Below, one piece after another: positions 1-18,813 of a stretch of DNA of 64,000 bases. The stretch's first letter is position 1. Each line of letters starts with the position of its first letter. The position numbers were made by a program, and so were the translations under genes. The DNA is from an uncultured delta proteobacterium. GTDB lineage: Bacteria > Myxococcota_A > Polyangia > Polyangiales > Polyangiaceae. Location: positions 1,568,001-1,632,000 of the forward strand of contig CAWJCS010000005.1 of assembly GCA_963841435.1 (NCBI GenBank), read 5' to 3'. Under the pieces are notes generated by a model that saw only the letters and a list, made by a program, of their open reading frames with translations, made no database searches and was not told where the DNA came from.

Positions 1-696
1 CCAGACATCGTAGAGACTGTGCGTCCACACGGCGGGCGCGAAGCCCCGGAAGGCGTAGATGACGGTGAAGACGAGCCCGCAAACCCAGCGGAAGACGAAG
101 CTTCTGAGCTCGAACGGCTCACCGAGCGCGCCGACGTAGTGCCAGACGCTGAACGCTCCCGCCGCGAGCAGCGCCCAGACGAACGACAGAAGCCGCGCGC
201 GCCCGAGCGGAATCGGCTCGGCGAACAACCTGAGCACCTTTGCTCCGAGACCGAAGAGGATGACTCGGAAGGCAATCTCCTCGTAGAAGCCGGCACCGAG
301 CGACAGCACGACGGCGCCGAAGGTGCCGCCCGGCTCGCCGCCACCCTGCAAACGGAGCCGGCCGACGACGTACGCCGCCGCCATCCGCATGGCGACCGCG
401 TACGCGATGCCTTCGAGCAGCACCCACACGAAGCGCTGAAAGTGGAGCTCGCGCTCGCGCCCCATCACGGAAAGCACCCCGACGAACACCGCACCGATGG
501 CGAGCGTGAGACCCGCGTAACCGGCGAGGTTGTTCTCGGCGAGCGCCACGAGCTCCCGCGTCACGACATCCGCCGCGTTCTGCACGGGCAAGAACACGAC
601 ACCGAGGTGGTAGGCGAGAAAGAGGGGCAGCGTGAGCGCGAGATCCGACCACGGGTCGCTGCGGCCGAGGCGCGGAGGGCTTGGGGCTTCCGGCAT
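1..696 (-). CDS. CPBP/CAAX-type (Abi) intramembrane glutamic endopeptidase, partial (3' end off window)
   Basis: Not in ORF track; hand translation from ATG at 696 gives a multi-TM protein with GFYEEIAFR, FSVWHY and WTHSLYDVW, matching CPBP motifs (EExxxR, FxxxH, HxxxB). Confidence 0.85.
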   Translation of the reverse strand, partial: MPEAPSPPRLGRSDPWSDLALTLPLFLAYHLGVVFLPVQNAADVVTRELVALAENNLAGYAGLTLAIGAVFVGVLSVMGRERELHFQRFVWVLLEGIAYAVAMRMAAAYVVGRLRLQGGGEPGGTFGAVVLSLGAGFYEEIAFRVILFGLGAKVLRLFAEPIPLGRARLLSFVWALLAAGAFSVWHYVGALGEPFELRSFVFRWVCGLVFTVIYAFRGFAPAVWTHSLYDVW

Positions 697-712
697 GCCG
701 AAACCGGATCGC

Positions 713-1651
713 TCAGGTCGGTCTCAGGTTGTAGACGACCCACATCACCAGCACGACCCAGCCGAGCACGATCGCCACGAACGGCCCGTCGCGAAGCATT
801 TCTTGGGTGGGGCTCTCGGCGTGAGGCCTGTGCCGCACGATGTGAAGGAACCTGAACACCCCGAGCACGACGAAGACCGTGCTGAGCCACAGCCAGTCGG
901 TGCGGAATAGCGCTCGCGTGTGCGAATCGAGCGTGTAGGCAAGGTAGGTCGCCACGGTCGCGAGAGCCGTCACGGAGAGCGCAACGTCGAGGCCACGCGC
1001 CGTGTAGTGCTCGAGCGCCTGGCGCTGGGCACCGGCATTCGACATGGCCGACGAGAGCTCCTGGCGCCGCTTGCCGAACCCCAGGAACAGCGCCAGAAGC
1101 GCCGTGCAGCCGAGCAGGTACCCCGAGACGGGAATCCGGGTCGCATAGCCGCCGGCCATGACGCGCAAAACGAAGCCCGCGGCGATGAAGCTCACGTCGA
1201 GGTACGCGACGTGCTTGAGCCGGAGCGAATACCAGACGTTCTGCCCGAAGTAGACGGCCGCGACGATCGCGAACGCGACGCCCACCGTGAGCGCCCACGT
1301 GAGCGAGATCACGATGAGAACGCCGACCATCACCCACGCCCAGGCGATGGGCACTCGCCCGGACGCGATCGGCCGAGCACGCTTGAGCGGATGGGCCCGG
1401 TCGGCTTCCCGATCCAGGATGTCGTTCAGGGTGTAGACGGCGCCGGCGAGCAGGCAGAAGATCAGGAACGCCGAGGCCGCGCGCCAGAGCAGGAACGGCG
1501 CGAAGACCTCCCTCGCGAACACCACGGGCGCGAGCACGAAGACGTTCTTCACCCACTGGTGCGGGCGGACCGTGAGCACCATGCCGCCCAGCCGGTTGGC
1601 GATCCCGTGCCGCACATCATCGGCTGGCTGACTCGGGAGCTCGGCTGGCAT
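713..1651 (-). CDS. UbiA-family prenyltransferase, decaprenyl-phosphate phosphoribosyltransferase-like
   Basis: RPHQWVKNVFV, YTLNDILDREADRAHPLKRARPIASG, LGFGKRRQEL; start MPAELP chosen, ORF extends to 1741. Confidence 0.85.
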   Translation of the reverse strand: MPAELPSQPADDVRHGIANRLGGMVLTVRPHQWVKNVFVLAPVVFAREVFAPFLLWRAASAFLIFCLLAGAVYTLNDILDREADRAHPLKRARPIASGRVPIAWAWVMVGVLIVISLTWALTVGVAFAIVAAVYFGQNVWYSLRLKHVAYLDVSFIAAGFVLRVMAGGYATRIPVSGYLLGCTALLALFLGFGKRRQELSSAMSNAGAQRQALEHYTARGLDVALSVTALATVATYLAYTLDSHTRALFRTDWLWLSTVFVVLGVFRFLHIVRHRPHAESPTQEMLRDGPFVAIVLGWVVLVMWVVYNLRPT

Positions 1652-1745
1652 CGAGATTTCCCGGAAAGGTAGTGCCTCCCCCGCGCTCAAGCGAGCGAAT
1701 TTTCGGGCGCGAGAGGGGCGCGAGCCCTCGGCGAAGATCACGTAA

Positions 1746-4623
<2,878 letters not shown>

Positions 4624-4627
<4 letters not shown>

Positions 4628-5868
4628 GCGCGGCGATCCTGACGACCGGGACCGAGCTCATGCGCGGCGAGCTCGTGAACGGGAACTCCGCGTGGCTCGC
4701 GGACGCGCTCAGCGAGCTCGGCTTCGAGGTTGCGGCCATCGACAGCGTCGGTGACGATGCCCCGAGCCTGCGCGCCGCGCTCGAGCGACTCGGCTGGTCA
4801 CACGACGTGCTCGTGTGCACGGGCGGCCTCGGACCCACGACCGACGATCTTACGACGAAGATCGTGGCGGAGACGCTCGGCGTCCCGCTCGTGCGCGACG
4901 AGGCGTCGCTCGAGGTCATCCGCAAGCTGCTCGAGCGCGCGGGCCGCAGCATGGCGATATCCAACGCGAAGCAAGCCGATTTCCCTCGCGGCGCGACGAT
5001 CCTGCCGAACGCGCGCGGCACGGCGCCGGGCTTCACCGTGCGACTCGGGAGCTCGCTCGCCTTCTTCTTGCCGGGCGTGCCGAGCGAGATGAAGGCCATG
5101 TTCGGAGCGTCGGTGACGCCGGCGCTCGTCACGCTGCCTCGCACACCTCAGCACCAGGTGCGCCTGCGCACCTATGGTCTGCCGGAGTCGACCATCAACG
5201 ACCGCCTGAAGGGCATCGAAACCCAGACGGGCGTCGTCATCGGCTATCGCGCAACACTCCCCGAGATCGAGGTCAAGCTCCTCGCGCGCGGCGACGACGC
5301 CGAACGACGCGCTCGCGCGGCGGCAAGCGAGGCGCGCGAGCGCCTCGGCGACGCGGTGTACGGCGAGGGACAGACGACGTTTGCGGCGGCGCTGCTCGAG
5401 CTCTTCGAAGCGCGCGCGAGCACGCTATCCCTCGCCGAATCGTGCACGGGCGGGCTCGTGGCCGAGCTCCTGACGGGCGTGCCCGGCGCGAGCCGCACGT
5501 TTTTGGGCGGCGTGGTCGCCTACGCCAATCAGGCAAAATCGGCGTTGCTCGGCGTGGATCCCGCGTTGCTCGCCACGCACGGCGCCGTGAGCGACGAGGT
5601 CGCCCGCGCTATGGCCGAAGGCGCGCGTACCCGTTTCGGCTCCGACCTCGCGCTCGGCGTCACCGGCATCGCGGGGCCCGACGGCGGGACGGCCGACAAG
5701 CCGGTGGGGCTCGTGTACATCGCCGTCGCGGGCGCTACCGGGACGCAGACGAAGGAGCTGCGCCTCGGGGGCGGCCGCGACGACGTGCGGCGCCGAGCGG
5801 CCTTCGCCGGCCTCGCGCTCCTACGCCGAGCGCTCTCGTCGCAGCTCGAGCCCGATCCGAAGCCGTGA
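4624..5868 (+). CDS. cinA: Competence/damage-inducible protein CinA (MoeA-like domain + PncC NMN deamidase)
   Basis: TTGTELMRGE, GGLGPTTDDLT, AESCTGG, GAVS, TGIAGPDGG; ATG overlaps upstream stop. Confidence 0.95.
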
Positions 5869-5896
5869 GGGCCCGCCCGGCGCCAGGCCGCCCCGC

Positions 5897-7408
5897 TCAG
5901 GGAAGCGGCATCGGGCTCGCGAAGTACTGCGTGACCGCGTCGCGAAACTGACCGCCGTCGGTCGTGATGTACGTCTGGTTGCCGGCGCCGACGCCGAAAA
6001 CCGCCGCGAGACCTCCCGCATCGATGAGCTCATCGACATGATTGAACAGGTAATGGACGCGGTTGTCGCGGTAGTGGCCCGCCGTACCGCCGGGCGCATC
6101 GCTCGGCACGCCGAACGGGATCTGCCACCAGATGATCGGCACCCCGAGCCCGTCGCTGAGCTCCTTCGACGCCGCGAGGTACTCGTGAAAATTCGGGCTC
6201 GTCTGATTCGATTCGTCCCAGTACCAGGGTCCGTCGTCACGCTGGCAGTTCGGGTCGACGTGCTCTTCGAAGCACCCGGCGTCCCGGTCCAGAAGATCCA
6301 TGCCGATGAAGTCGGCATCACCAGCACCGACGCCGTTCAGGAACGAAACCATCTCCGAGCGAGGGCCGGCCCACAGCGACGCATGCAGGCCGAGCAATAC
6401 TTTGGGCGCCATCATGCGACCCAGCCGGATCATGCACTTTCCGAGGCCGGCGAGGTCGTCGGTGAGGTCGTCGCATTCGCTCACGAGCGTGGTCACGTGG
6501 ACGGGGATGCTCGACGGATCGGCGTTGGCTTGCTGCTGTGCGAACGCCCAAAAATCGGGCTCGAAGTGGACGATGGCCGGTTTGTCGAACTCGGCGAGCC
6601 GCTCGTAGAGCAGCTCGAGCGTGTCCCAGTACTTTCCCATGAAGACGTCGTCGACGAGCGGATCGAGATTCGCCTCGCCGCGAGACGCCATCGTGTAGAG
6701 GTCGAACATCGGCGTGACGCCGTGCGCGTCGGCGCTGTCGGTGAGGATGTTGACGAACGTGCCCCCCGCGTTCCAGTCGGGCCAGCCCCCTTCGCCGGGT
6801 AGGCCGACAAGATAGGCGTAGTGAATGTCGAGCGTGACACCGAGCGTGTACGCGCCGTCCTGATTGTGGTCGTTGTCGAGATCGTTTCCCATGCCGATCA
6901 GAAAGTTCGGTGTCCGCCCGAGCTTCTTTGCGGCATCTGCGGCGCTGCCCGTGCCCGGAGCGCCACCGCCCGTGCCGCCACTCCCACCGCCGTCGCTGCC
7001 CGCACCTGCCGATCCGCCGTTGCTCGCGCCGCCGGCGCCGCCGCCACCCGTGCCGCTGCCGCCGCCACCCGTGCCGCTGCCACCCTTGCCGCTTGCACCA
7101 GAACCGCCGGATCCACCGCCTTTTCCAGCAGCGCCGCTCGTCCCCGAAGCGCCGCTGCCCGACCCGCCCGTGGTGCCGCCGCTGCCCCCCGCGCTCGCCG
7201 CCGCGCTCCCACCGCTACCGCCTGCGTTCGCCGCCGCGCTTCCGGCGCTGCCCCCCGCGGGCACGCCGTCCTCGCTCGATCCGGAGCCGCAACCCGAAGC
7301 GGCCCCCAGCACGAGCGCGAGCGCTGCGACACCGAGCTCGGCAGCACCGCGAGCACCGACGCGACCACCTCTCCCCACATCGGACCCACGAAACGGTTTC
7401 ATGGACAT
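5897..7408 (-). CDS. Lipoprotein with long Gly/Ser linker and uncharacterised glycoside-hydrolase-like domain
   Basis: Lipobox-like ASGC, about 110-aa Gly/Ser/Ala linker, aromatic/acidic-rich domain with HFEPDFW. Confidence 0.7.
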   Translation of the reverse strand: MSMKPFRGSDVGRGGRVGARGAAELGVAALALVLGAASGCGSGSSEDGVPAGGSAGSAAANAGGSGGSAAASAGGSGGTTGGSGSGASGTSGAAGKGGGSGGSGASGKGGSGTGGGGSGTGGGGAGGASNGGSAGAGSDGGGSGGTGGGAPGTGSAADAAKKLGRTPNFLIGMGNDLDNDHNQDGAYTLGVTLDIHYAYLVGLPGEGGWPDWNAGGTFVNILTDSADAHGVTPMFDLYTMASRGEANLDPLVDDVFMGKYWDTLELLYERLAEFDKPAIVHFEPDFWAFAQQQANADPSSIPVHVTTLVSECDDLTDDLAGLGKCMIRLGRMMAPKVLLGLHASLWAGPRSEMVSFLNGVGAGDADFIGMDLLDRDAGCFEEHVDPNCQRDDGPWYWDESNQTSPNFHEYLAASKELSDGLGVPIIWWQIPFGVPSDAPGGTAGHYRDNRVHYLFNHVDELIDAGGLAAVFGVGAGNQTYITTDGGQFRDAVTQYFASPMPLP

Positions 7409-7511
7409 CCGATGATCTTACACGAGATCGCTCATGACCGCGCGAGTTCTCGCTCTCGTGAAGCGAGGCTCGCTCCTATCGTTTTGATCTCACTTGGTTG
7501 GAGGTCGGCGC

Positions 7512-9020
7512 TCAGTGTGACGCGCCGAGATAGCGGCGCCGGACGTGCCGCTCGAAGGCTTCGGTGCCGAGCGGACGACCGGTGGCGCTCTCGACGAGCG
7601 CGCCCGTTTCGAGGTGCGACCCTTCGCTCCACAGCTTTTCGTCGAGGAACGCGTCGAGCGCGGCCAGTTCACCCCCGGCGATGCGTTCGCGCAGGTCGGG
7701 CACTCTGGCCTCGGCCGCCTCGAAGAGCTGCGCTGCCGTGAGCGCGCCGAGCGTGTACGTCGGGAAGTAGCCCACGAGCCCCGCGGGCCAGTGCACGTCC
7801 TGCAGGCAACCGTCGCGGTCGTTGCCCTTCGTCTCGAGGCCGAGCAAGCGCTGCATGCCGGCGTCCCAGACTTCTGGCACGTCGGCAACGTCGAGCTTTC
7901 CCCGGATCAGCGCCTGCTCGATCTCGAAGCGCAGCACCACGTGGCAGGGGTACGTCACCTCGTCGGCATCGACACGAATGAAGCTGCGCCGTACCCGCGT
8001 CTGCAGACGCGCGAGGTTCTCCGGCGTGAACGCTCCCGGCGTGCGCTCCGCGGACGCCGGAAAGGCGGCGCGCAGAAACGGCGCCACGAAGCGCGCGAAC
8101 TCGGGGCTACGGCACACCTGCATCTCGAGCAGGAGGCTCTGGCTCTCGTGAATGCTCATGCTGCGCGCGCGACCGACCGGTTGCCCGAGAAACGCACGCG
8201 GCAGGTGTTGCTCGTACTTCGCATGCCCCGTCTCGTGGAGGACACCCATCAGCGCCTTCGCGAAGTCGTCCTGATCGTAGCGCGTCGTGATGCGAACGTC
8301 GTCGGGCACGCCACCGCAAAACGGGTGGTGACTCGCATCGAGCCGTCCCCGCGTGAAATCGAAGCCGACGCGGCGCATGAGATCCTCGCCGAGCGCGCGC
8401 TGCTGGGAGACGGAGAAGGGCCCCTCGGGCGTGACCACCGACTCGGAGCGCTGCTTTTCGACGATGCGTTCGATGAAGTCGGGCAGCACGTCACCGAGGC
8501 GCTGGAACAGCGGCGCGATCGCGGCGCTCCTTGCGCCGGGCTCGTAGCTATCGAGCAGGGCATCGTAGGGCTCCAGGCCGAGCTTCTCGGCGAGCGCCTG
8601 GGCCGTCTCGCGCTTCTTCGCAAACACCTCCTCGAGCAGCGGCTGGAATCCCGCCCAGTCGTTGGCGGCGCGCAGCTTGCGCCAGGCCTGCTCGCTGCGG
8701 CTTTCCGCACGTGATGCGGCCTCCACGAGCGCTTGCGGCAACGCCGTGGCGCGCACGAACGCTCGCTTCATCTCGCGCAGGTTGGCGGCCTGCCAGGTGT
8801 CGAGCTCGCCGGCACGAGCCTCGGCGTTCGCGAGCCAGTCGCCGATCCGCCCGTCGGTCGCAAGCTCGTGGATCAAACCGCGCAGCGTCGCGAGCGCCTC
8901 ACCGCGAGAGCCAGCTCCACCCTCGGACATCATCGCGGCTTCGTCCCACGCGCTGATCGCTTCCACGTGCTCGAGCTGAGCCAAACGATGGTGGTGCTTT
9001 TCGAGCGCTGCGTAGGACAT
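7512..9020 (-). CDS. Carboxypeptidase M32 (Taq-like)
   Basis: HPF, DVRITTRY, HETGH zinc motif, HESQ, IRVDAD, GCLQDVHW, YFPTY. Confidence 0.96.
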   Translation of the reverse strand: MSYAALEKHHHRLAQLEHVEAISAWDEAAMMSEGGAGSRGEALATLRGLIHELATDGRIGDWLANAEARAGELDTWQAANLREMKRAFVRATALPQALVEAASRAESRSEQAWRKLRAANDWAGFQPLLEEVFAKKRETAQALAEKLGLEPYDALLDSYEPGARSAAIAPLFQRLGDVLPDFIERIVEKQRSESVVTPEGPFSVSQQRALGEDLMRRVGFDFTRGRLDASHHPFCGGVPDDVRITTRYDQDDFAKALMGVLHETGHAKYEQHLPRAFLGQPVGRARSMSIHESQSLLLEMQVCRSPEFARFVAPFLRAAFPASAERTPGAFTPENLARLQTRVRRSFIRVDADEVTYPCHVVLRFEIEQALIRGKLDVADVPEVWDAGMQRLLGLETKGNDRDGCLQDVHWPAGLVGYFPTYTLGALTAAQLFEAAEARVPDLRERIAGGELAALDAFLDEKLWSEGSHLETGALVESATGRPLGTEAFERHVRRRYLGASH

Positions 9021-9126
9021 CACACCGATTGTGGCCTCGACTTGGGCCGCCTTGGAAGGCAAGATCTCCGTCCGCGCGAGCGGCAACACCGCGAGCGGCA
9101 GAGGACGGCTGCCCCTCGATGGGGCC

Positions 9127-11775
<2,649 letters not shown>

Positions 11776-12063
11776 GACGATTCTTCCCCGCGCCGCGTTC
11801 GCGTCGCGTTCGGCCAAGTTAAGTCGGCGCTCGGGCGCTGCAAGGGTTCGCGCCGGGTCGCCCGGAACCCGCGGCGAGAGGCCGTGGCCCGCAGGGCGAT
11901 TTCGGGGGCGGTCGGCGGCCCGCCCACCCGGGGCTCCGAAAGAAAGCGCAACAGGCCGGCGATCCCGGCGGGCGCAATAGCCCCCCTACATGGCAGCACG
12001 AAGCGTACCACCCGAGATTCGACGAGAATCTGACGGGCCGCAGCAAAAACCCCCGCCGGCGCG

Positions 12064-12107
12064 GCGCAAATTGCGCAGAGGATCGGCGCAGGCTGCGCAA
12101 AATGCGC
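12064..12107. promoter_or_regulatory. Three palindromic GCGCA-N3-TGCGC sites (putative operator/enhancer)
   Basis: GCGCAAATTGCGC 12064-12076, GCGCAGGCTGCGC 12086-12098, GCGCAAAATGCGC 12095-12107. Confidence 0.45.
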
Positions 12108-12155
12108 CCCACGGGCCGCGCGCTTCCGCTGGCAGGGGCTGGGCGTCTCCGCGCG

Positions 12156-13625
<1,470 letters not shown>

Positions 13626-13717
13626 GGCGACCGCAGTATAGCCCGTTGCCAAGCTGCTTCGAAGCGGCGCGAGCGTTTCCGCGTCGGCTTTTGCCGGCGC
13701 GCTGCAAAAAGGGGCGC

Positions 13718-14209
13718 CTACTCGAGCACGGTGCGAAGGTGGCGGCTCGCGCGAAAGTTCGCCGCGCCGGCCCCGCCGTCAGCAAGGCTCAGGCGCAACC
13801 GGCGCGGCTCCGGCGCGCGCGACCCGTCGAGCGTGACGCGCACGAAGCGCGCCCCAGCGGGCGCCTCGAGTCCCGGCGCGCCGTCCGACCGCGCCAAAGC
13901 GGGCCCCGCGTTCAGTACCGGAAACGCAGCAACGGCGCGGGGCCCGTCGAGCGTGACCCGGATGGGCCGGGCGATGCCGCCACCGCCCACGACGGCACGA
14001 CGCCCGTCGTCGAGTGAGGCAAGGATGCGCCGCTCTGAAGATTGCGACGAGCTCGCCGTCGTCAAGGATTGCCGCCAGACACGGGGCGCAGCGGCAGGCG
14101 CGCCGTCGAGCGAGGTGCGAAGCGTGGGCTCGGGCGCGGACGCGAACGCAACCGAAGCCGTCGCGACGATGCCCACCAGCGACAGCCACGGGAAACGAAG
14201 CATGACCAT
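13718..14209 (-). CDS. Hypothetical secreted protein
   Basis: ORF with N-terminal signal-peptide-like segment; no recognised domain. Confidence 0.45.
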   Translation of the reverse strand: MVMLRFPWLSLVGIVATASVAFASAPEPTLRTSLDGAPAAAPRVWRQSLTTASSSQSSERRILASLDDGRRAVVGGGGIARPIRVTLDGPRAVAAFPVLNAGPALARSDGAPGLEAPAGARFVRVTLDGSRAPEPRRLRLSLADGGAGAANFRASRHLRTVLE

Positions 14210-14280
14210 GAAGGCATAAGCCCGAGACCGCGTTCCTGCAAGCCTCGCGCCTTCACCCGAGAGCGCGAGCGCGCCCAGCC

Positions 14281-15573
14281 TCAGGGGCAGGTCCCGTCGA
14301 GCGAGGGCGAAAGGTCGTTGATCTGACCCTGGTAGTTCGAGGGGGTCGGGTTGATGAGCACGCCGGCCACGCCGTCTGCAATCCGCTGGTTCAAAACGTC
14401 GGCCGAGGCGCTCGACCAGGTGTTCGCCTGCGTCGACACACCGAAGCTCGTATCGACGAGGATGGGCTTGCCAGTGAGCTCGTGGAGGTAGCGGTACGTT
14501 CCGTCCTCGCGGCCCGCGGCGTCACCGTCGTTGAGGTAGCCGCCGGGCACGTTCGCCATGCCGGTCGTGTGCACGAACTCGACGGCGTCGAGCGGCATCG
14601 CACCCCAGTAACCCGTGAGCACCGAGCCACGGATCCAGCTCGAGTGATTGAGTGCGATGAGCGCGTTCGGCATGGCCTCACGCACGGTGCAGACGATGTC
14701 GCTGGCGAGGTCGCCGAGCTCTTGCATCGTCAGCGGGTTGGCCTGCTCGTCGTAGGTGTACTGGATGAAGTCCGGATCGATGATCCAGATGACGGGCTTG
14801 CTCGGGAAGGCGGTATGCGAGCGCTCCGCGTAGCTCTGATAGATCGAGAGAATGCGGGCGCGGTTCGCGCGGATCCACTGCGCGCCCTCGTTGCACAGAT
14901 TGTGACCGTCGAAGTCGGTGTTGCAGTCGCCGAGCCCACCTTCGATGTTCGCGCGATACGCGATGAAGTACGCGATGTAGACGGGCACCGTGCTCGTGCC
15001 CGAGAAGGTCTGGCTCAGCCAGGAGCAACCATCACAGGCGCTATCCAGGTTGGTCTCGTAGCCGACCCATTTCGTGGCAAAATCGAGGTAGCTCGGGATC
15101 TGCGCGTTCGGGTTCGCTCCCCAGGCGAAAGCGCAGTCGAAGGGGCTCGGGTGCAGCGAAGAGGAGCCGCACACTGCGGGGCGGCTCCCACTGCCCGAGG
15201 TGCCCCCGGTGCTCGCCGCCGAGCCGCCGGTGCCCGACGTGCCGCCGCCCGAGCCCGCCGTACCGGTGCCGCCCCGACCACCCGAACCGCTCTGCCCGCC
15301 TTTTCCCGCCACGGACCCACCCGCGCCGCCCGACACGGAGCCACCGCTCCCGGCGCTACCGCCCGCGCCCGCCTGGCCCTTGCCACCCGCGGCGGCCCCC
15401 GCAACCGACCCGGCGCTTCCTCCCACGACCTCACCGCCAGCTCCAGTTCCAGCCCCTGACCCGCCGGCCCCACCGTCGCCCTCGGAAGAGCACGCCCACG
15501 GTGCACCCACGAGGAGCACGGCAAGGGTGGCCAAGGGACGAGCCGATAACCGAAAAGCCCAGCGCCGCTGCAT
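14281..15573 (-). CDS. Lipoprotein with Gly/Ser linker and uncharacterised glycoside-hydrolase-like domain
   Basis: PWAC lipobox-like, Gly-rich linker, domain with IIDPDFIQY and KPILVDTSFG. Confidence 0.7.
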   Translation of the reverse strand: MQRRWAFRLSARPLATLAVLLVGAPWACSSEGDGGAGGSGAGTGAGGEVVGGSAGSVAGAAAGGKGQAGAGGSAGSGGSVSGGAGGSVAGKGGQSGSGGRGGTGTAGSGGGTSGTGGSAASTGGTSGSGSRPAVCGSSSLHPSPFDCAFAWGANPNAQIPSYLDFATKWVGYETNLDSACDGCSWLSQTFSGTSTVPVYIAYFIAYRANIEGGLGDCNTDFDGHNLCNEGAQWIRANRARILSIYQSYAERSHTAFPSKPVIWIIDPDFIQYTYDEQANPLTMQELGDLASDIVCTVREAMPNALIALNHSSWIRGSVLTGYWGAMPLDAVEFVHTTGMANVPGGYLNDGDAAGREDGTYRYLHELTGKPILVDTSFGVSTQANTWSSASADVLNQRIADGVAGVLINPTPSNYQGQINDLSPSLDGTCP

Positions 15574-15654
15574 AGAGCAGAAACGCTAACTCAGCAGGCG
15601 CTCCCGTTCCACCCGAGGGCTGCTTTCTGCGTGATCGGTCCCCCCCCAGCCGGC

Positions 15655-15999
15655 TCAGGCCCTGAGTCGGCGGCGTGAGCGGGGCACGTGCTCGAGCAAG
15701 GCCGTCACCTCGTCCCAGCGCTCTGGATTCTTCATGAGCGCGCTAAGCAAGCCTGGGGGCAAGTGCCCCGCCGCGGCCATCCAGCGATACGTGTCCACTC
15801 CGTGCACGTCCAGGTGGTGCGCAATCTCGCGCAGCCTGCCGACGCCAACCCCCTTGCACAGTCCAGATTCCAGCATGCCCACGTAGCTTCCCGACCTAAC
15901 ACCGAGTCGCCTTGCCAGATCCTTTTGAGTGAGCCCCGTGCTCATGCGGGCGTCACGTATCAAACGACCGATCTTCTTCGTGGTTCTCCGAACTGCCAT
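15655..15999 (-). CDS. XRE-family helix-turn-helix regulator
   Basis: IGRLIRDARMSTGLTQKDLARRLGVRSGSYVGMLESG is an HTH_3 pattern; many A/T-ending codons. Confidence 0.75.
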   Translation of the reverse strand: MAVRRTTKKIGRLIRDARMSTGLTQKDLARRLGVRSGSYVGMLESGLCKGVGVGRLREIAHHLDVHGVDTYRWMAAAGHLPPGLLSALMKNPERWDEVTALLEHVPRSRRRLRA

Positions 16000-16245
16000 G
16001 GATGCCCTATAGCGAGCCAGGAGAGAGCGAACGCTCACCTCGCTAGCCCCTCCTTCCAACCTCGAAATATTTTTGAGACCGAAGGCGACGGCCCGGCCGC
16101 ACACCGCGGCGCTCGAGACCCTCGCTTTCGACGGGGGCAGCCTAGATCCGTTCGCGCCCCGAACGCCAGTCGATTGCGCGGACGAACCCAAGAATCTGGC
16201 TATCTAGCCGTTGCAGTCTGATTGCAACCGTCGGTGCTCGCGGGA

Positions 16246-18813
<2,568 letters not shown>

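Noticed and set aside
11839-11856. Sigma54 promoter for clpB (GGCGCGAACCCTTGC on minus strand)
   Set aside because: GG-to-GC spacing is 11 nt rather than the strict 10; no CIRCE element seen either.
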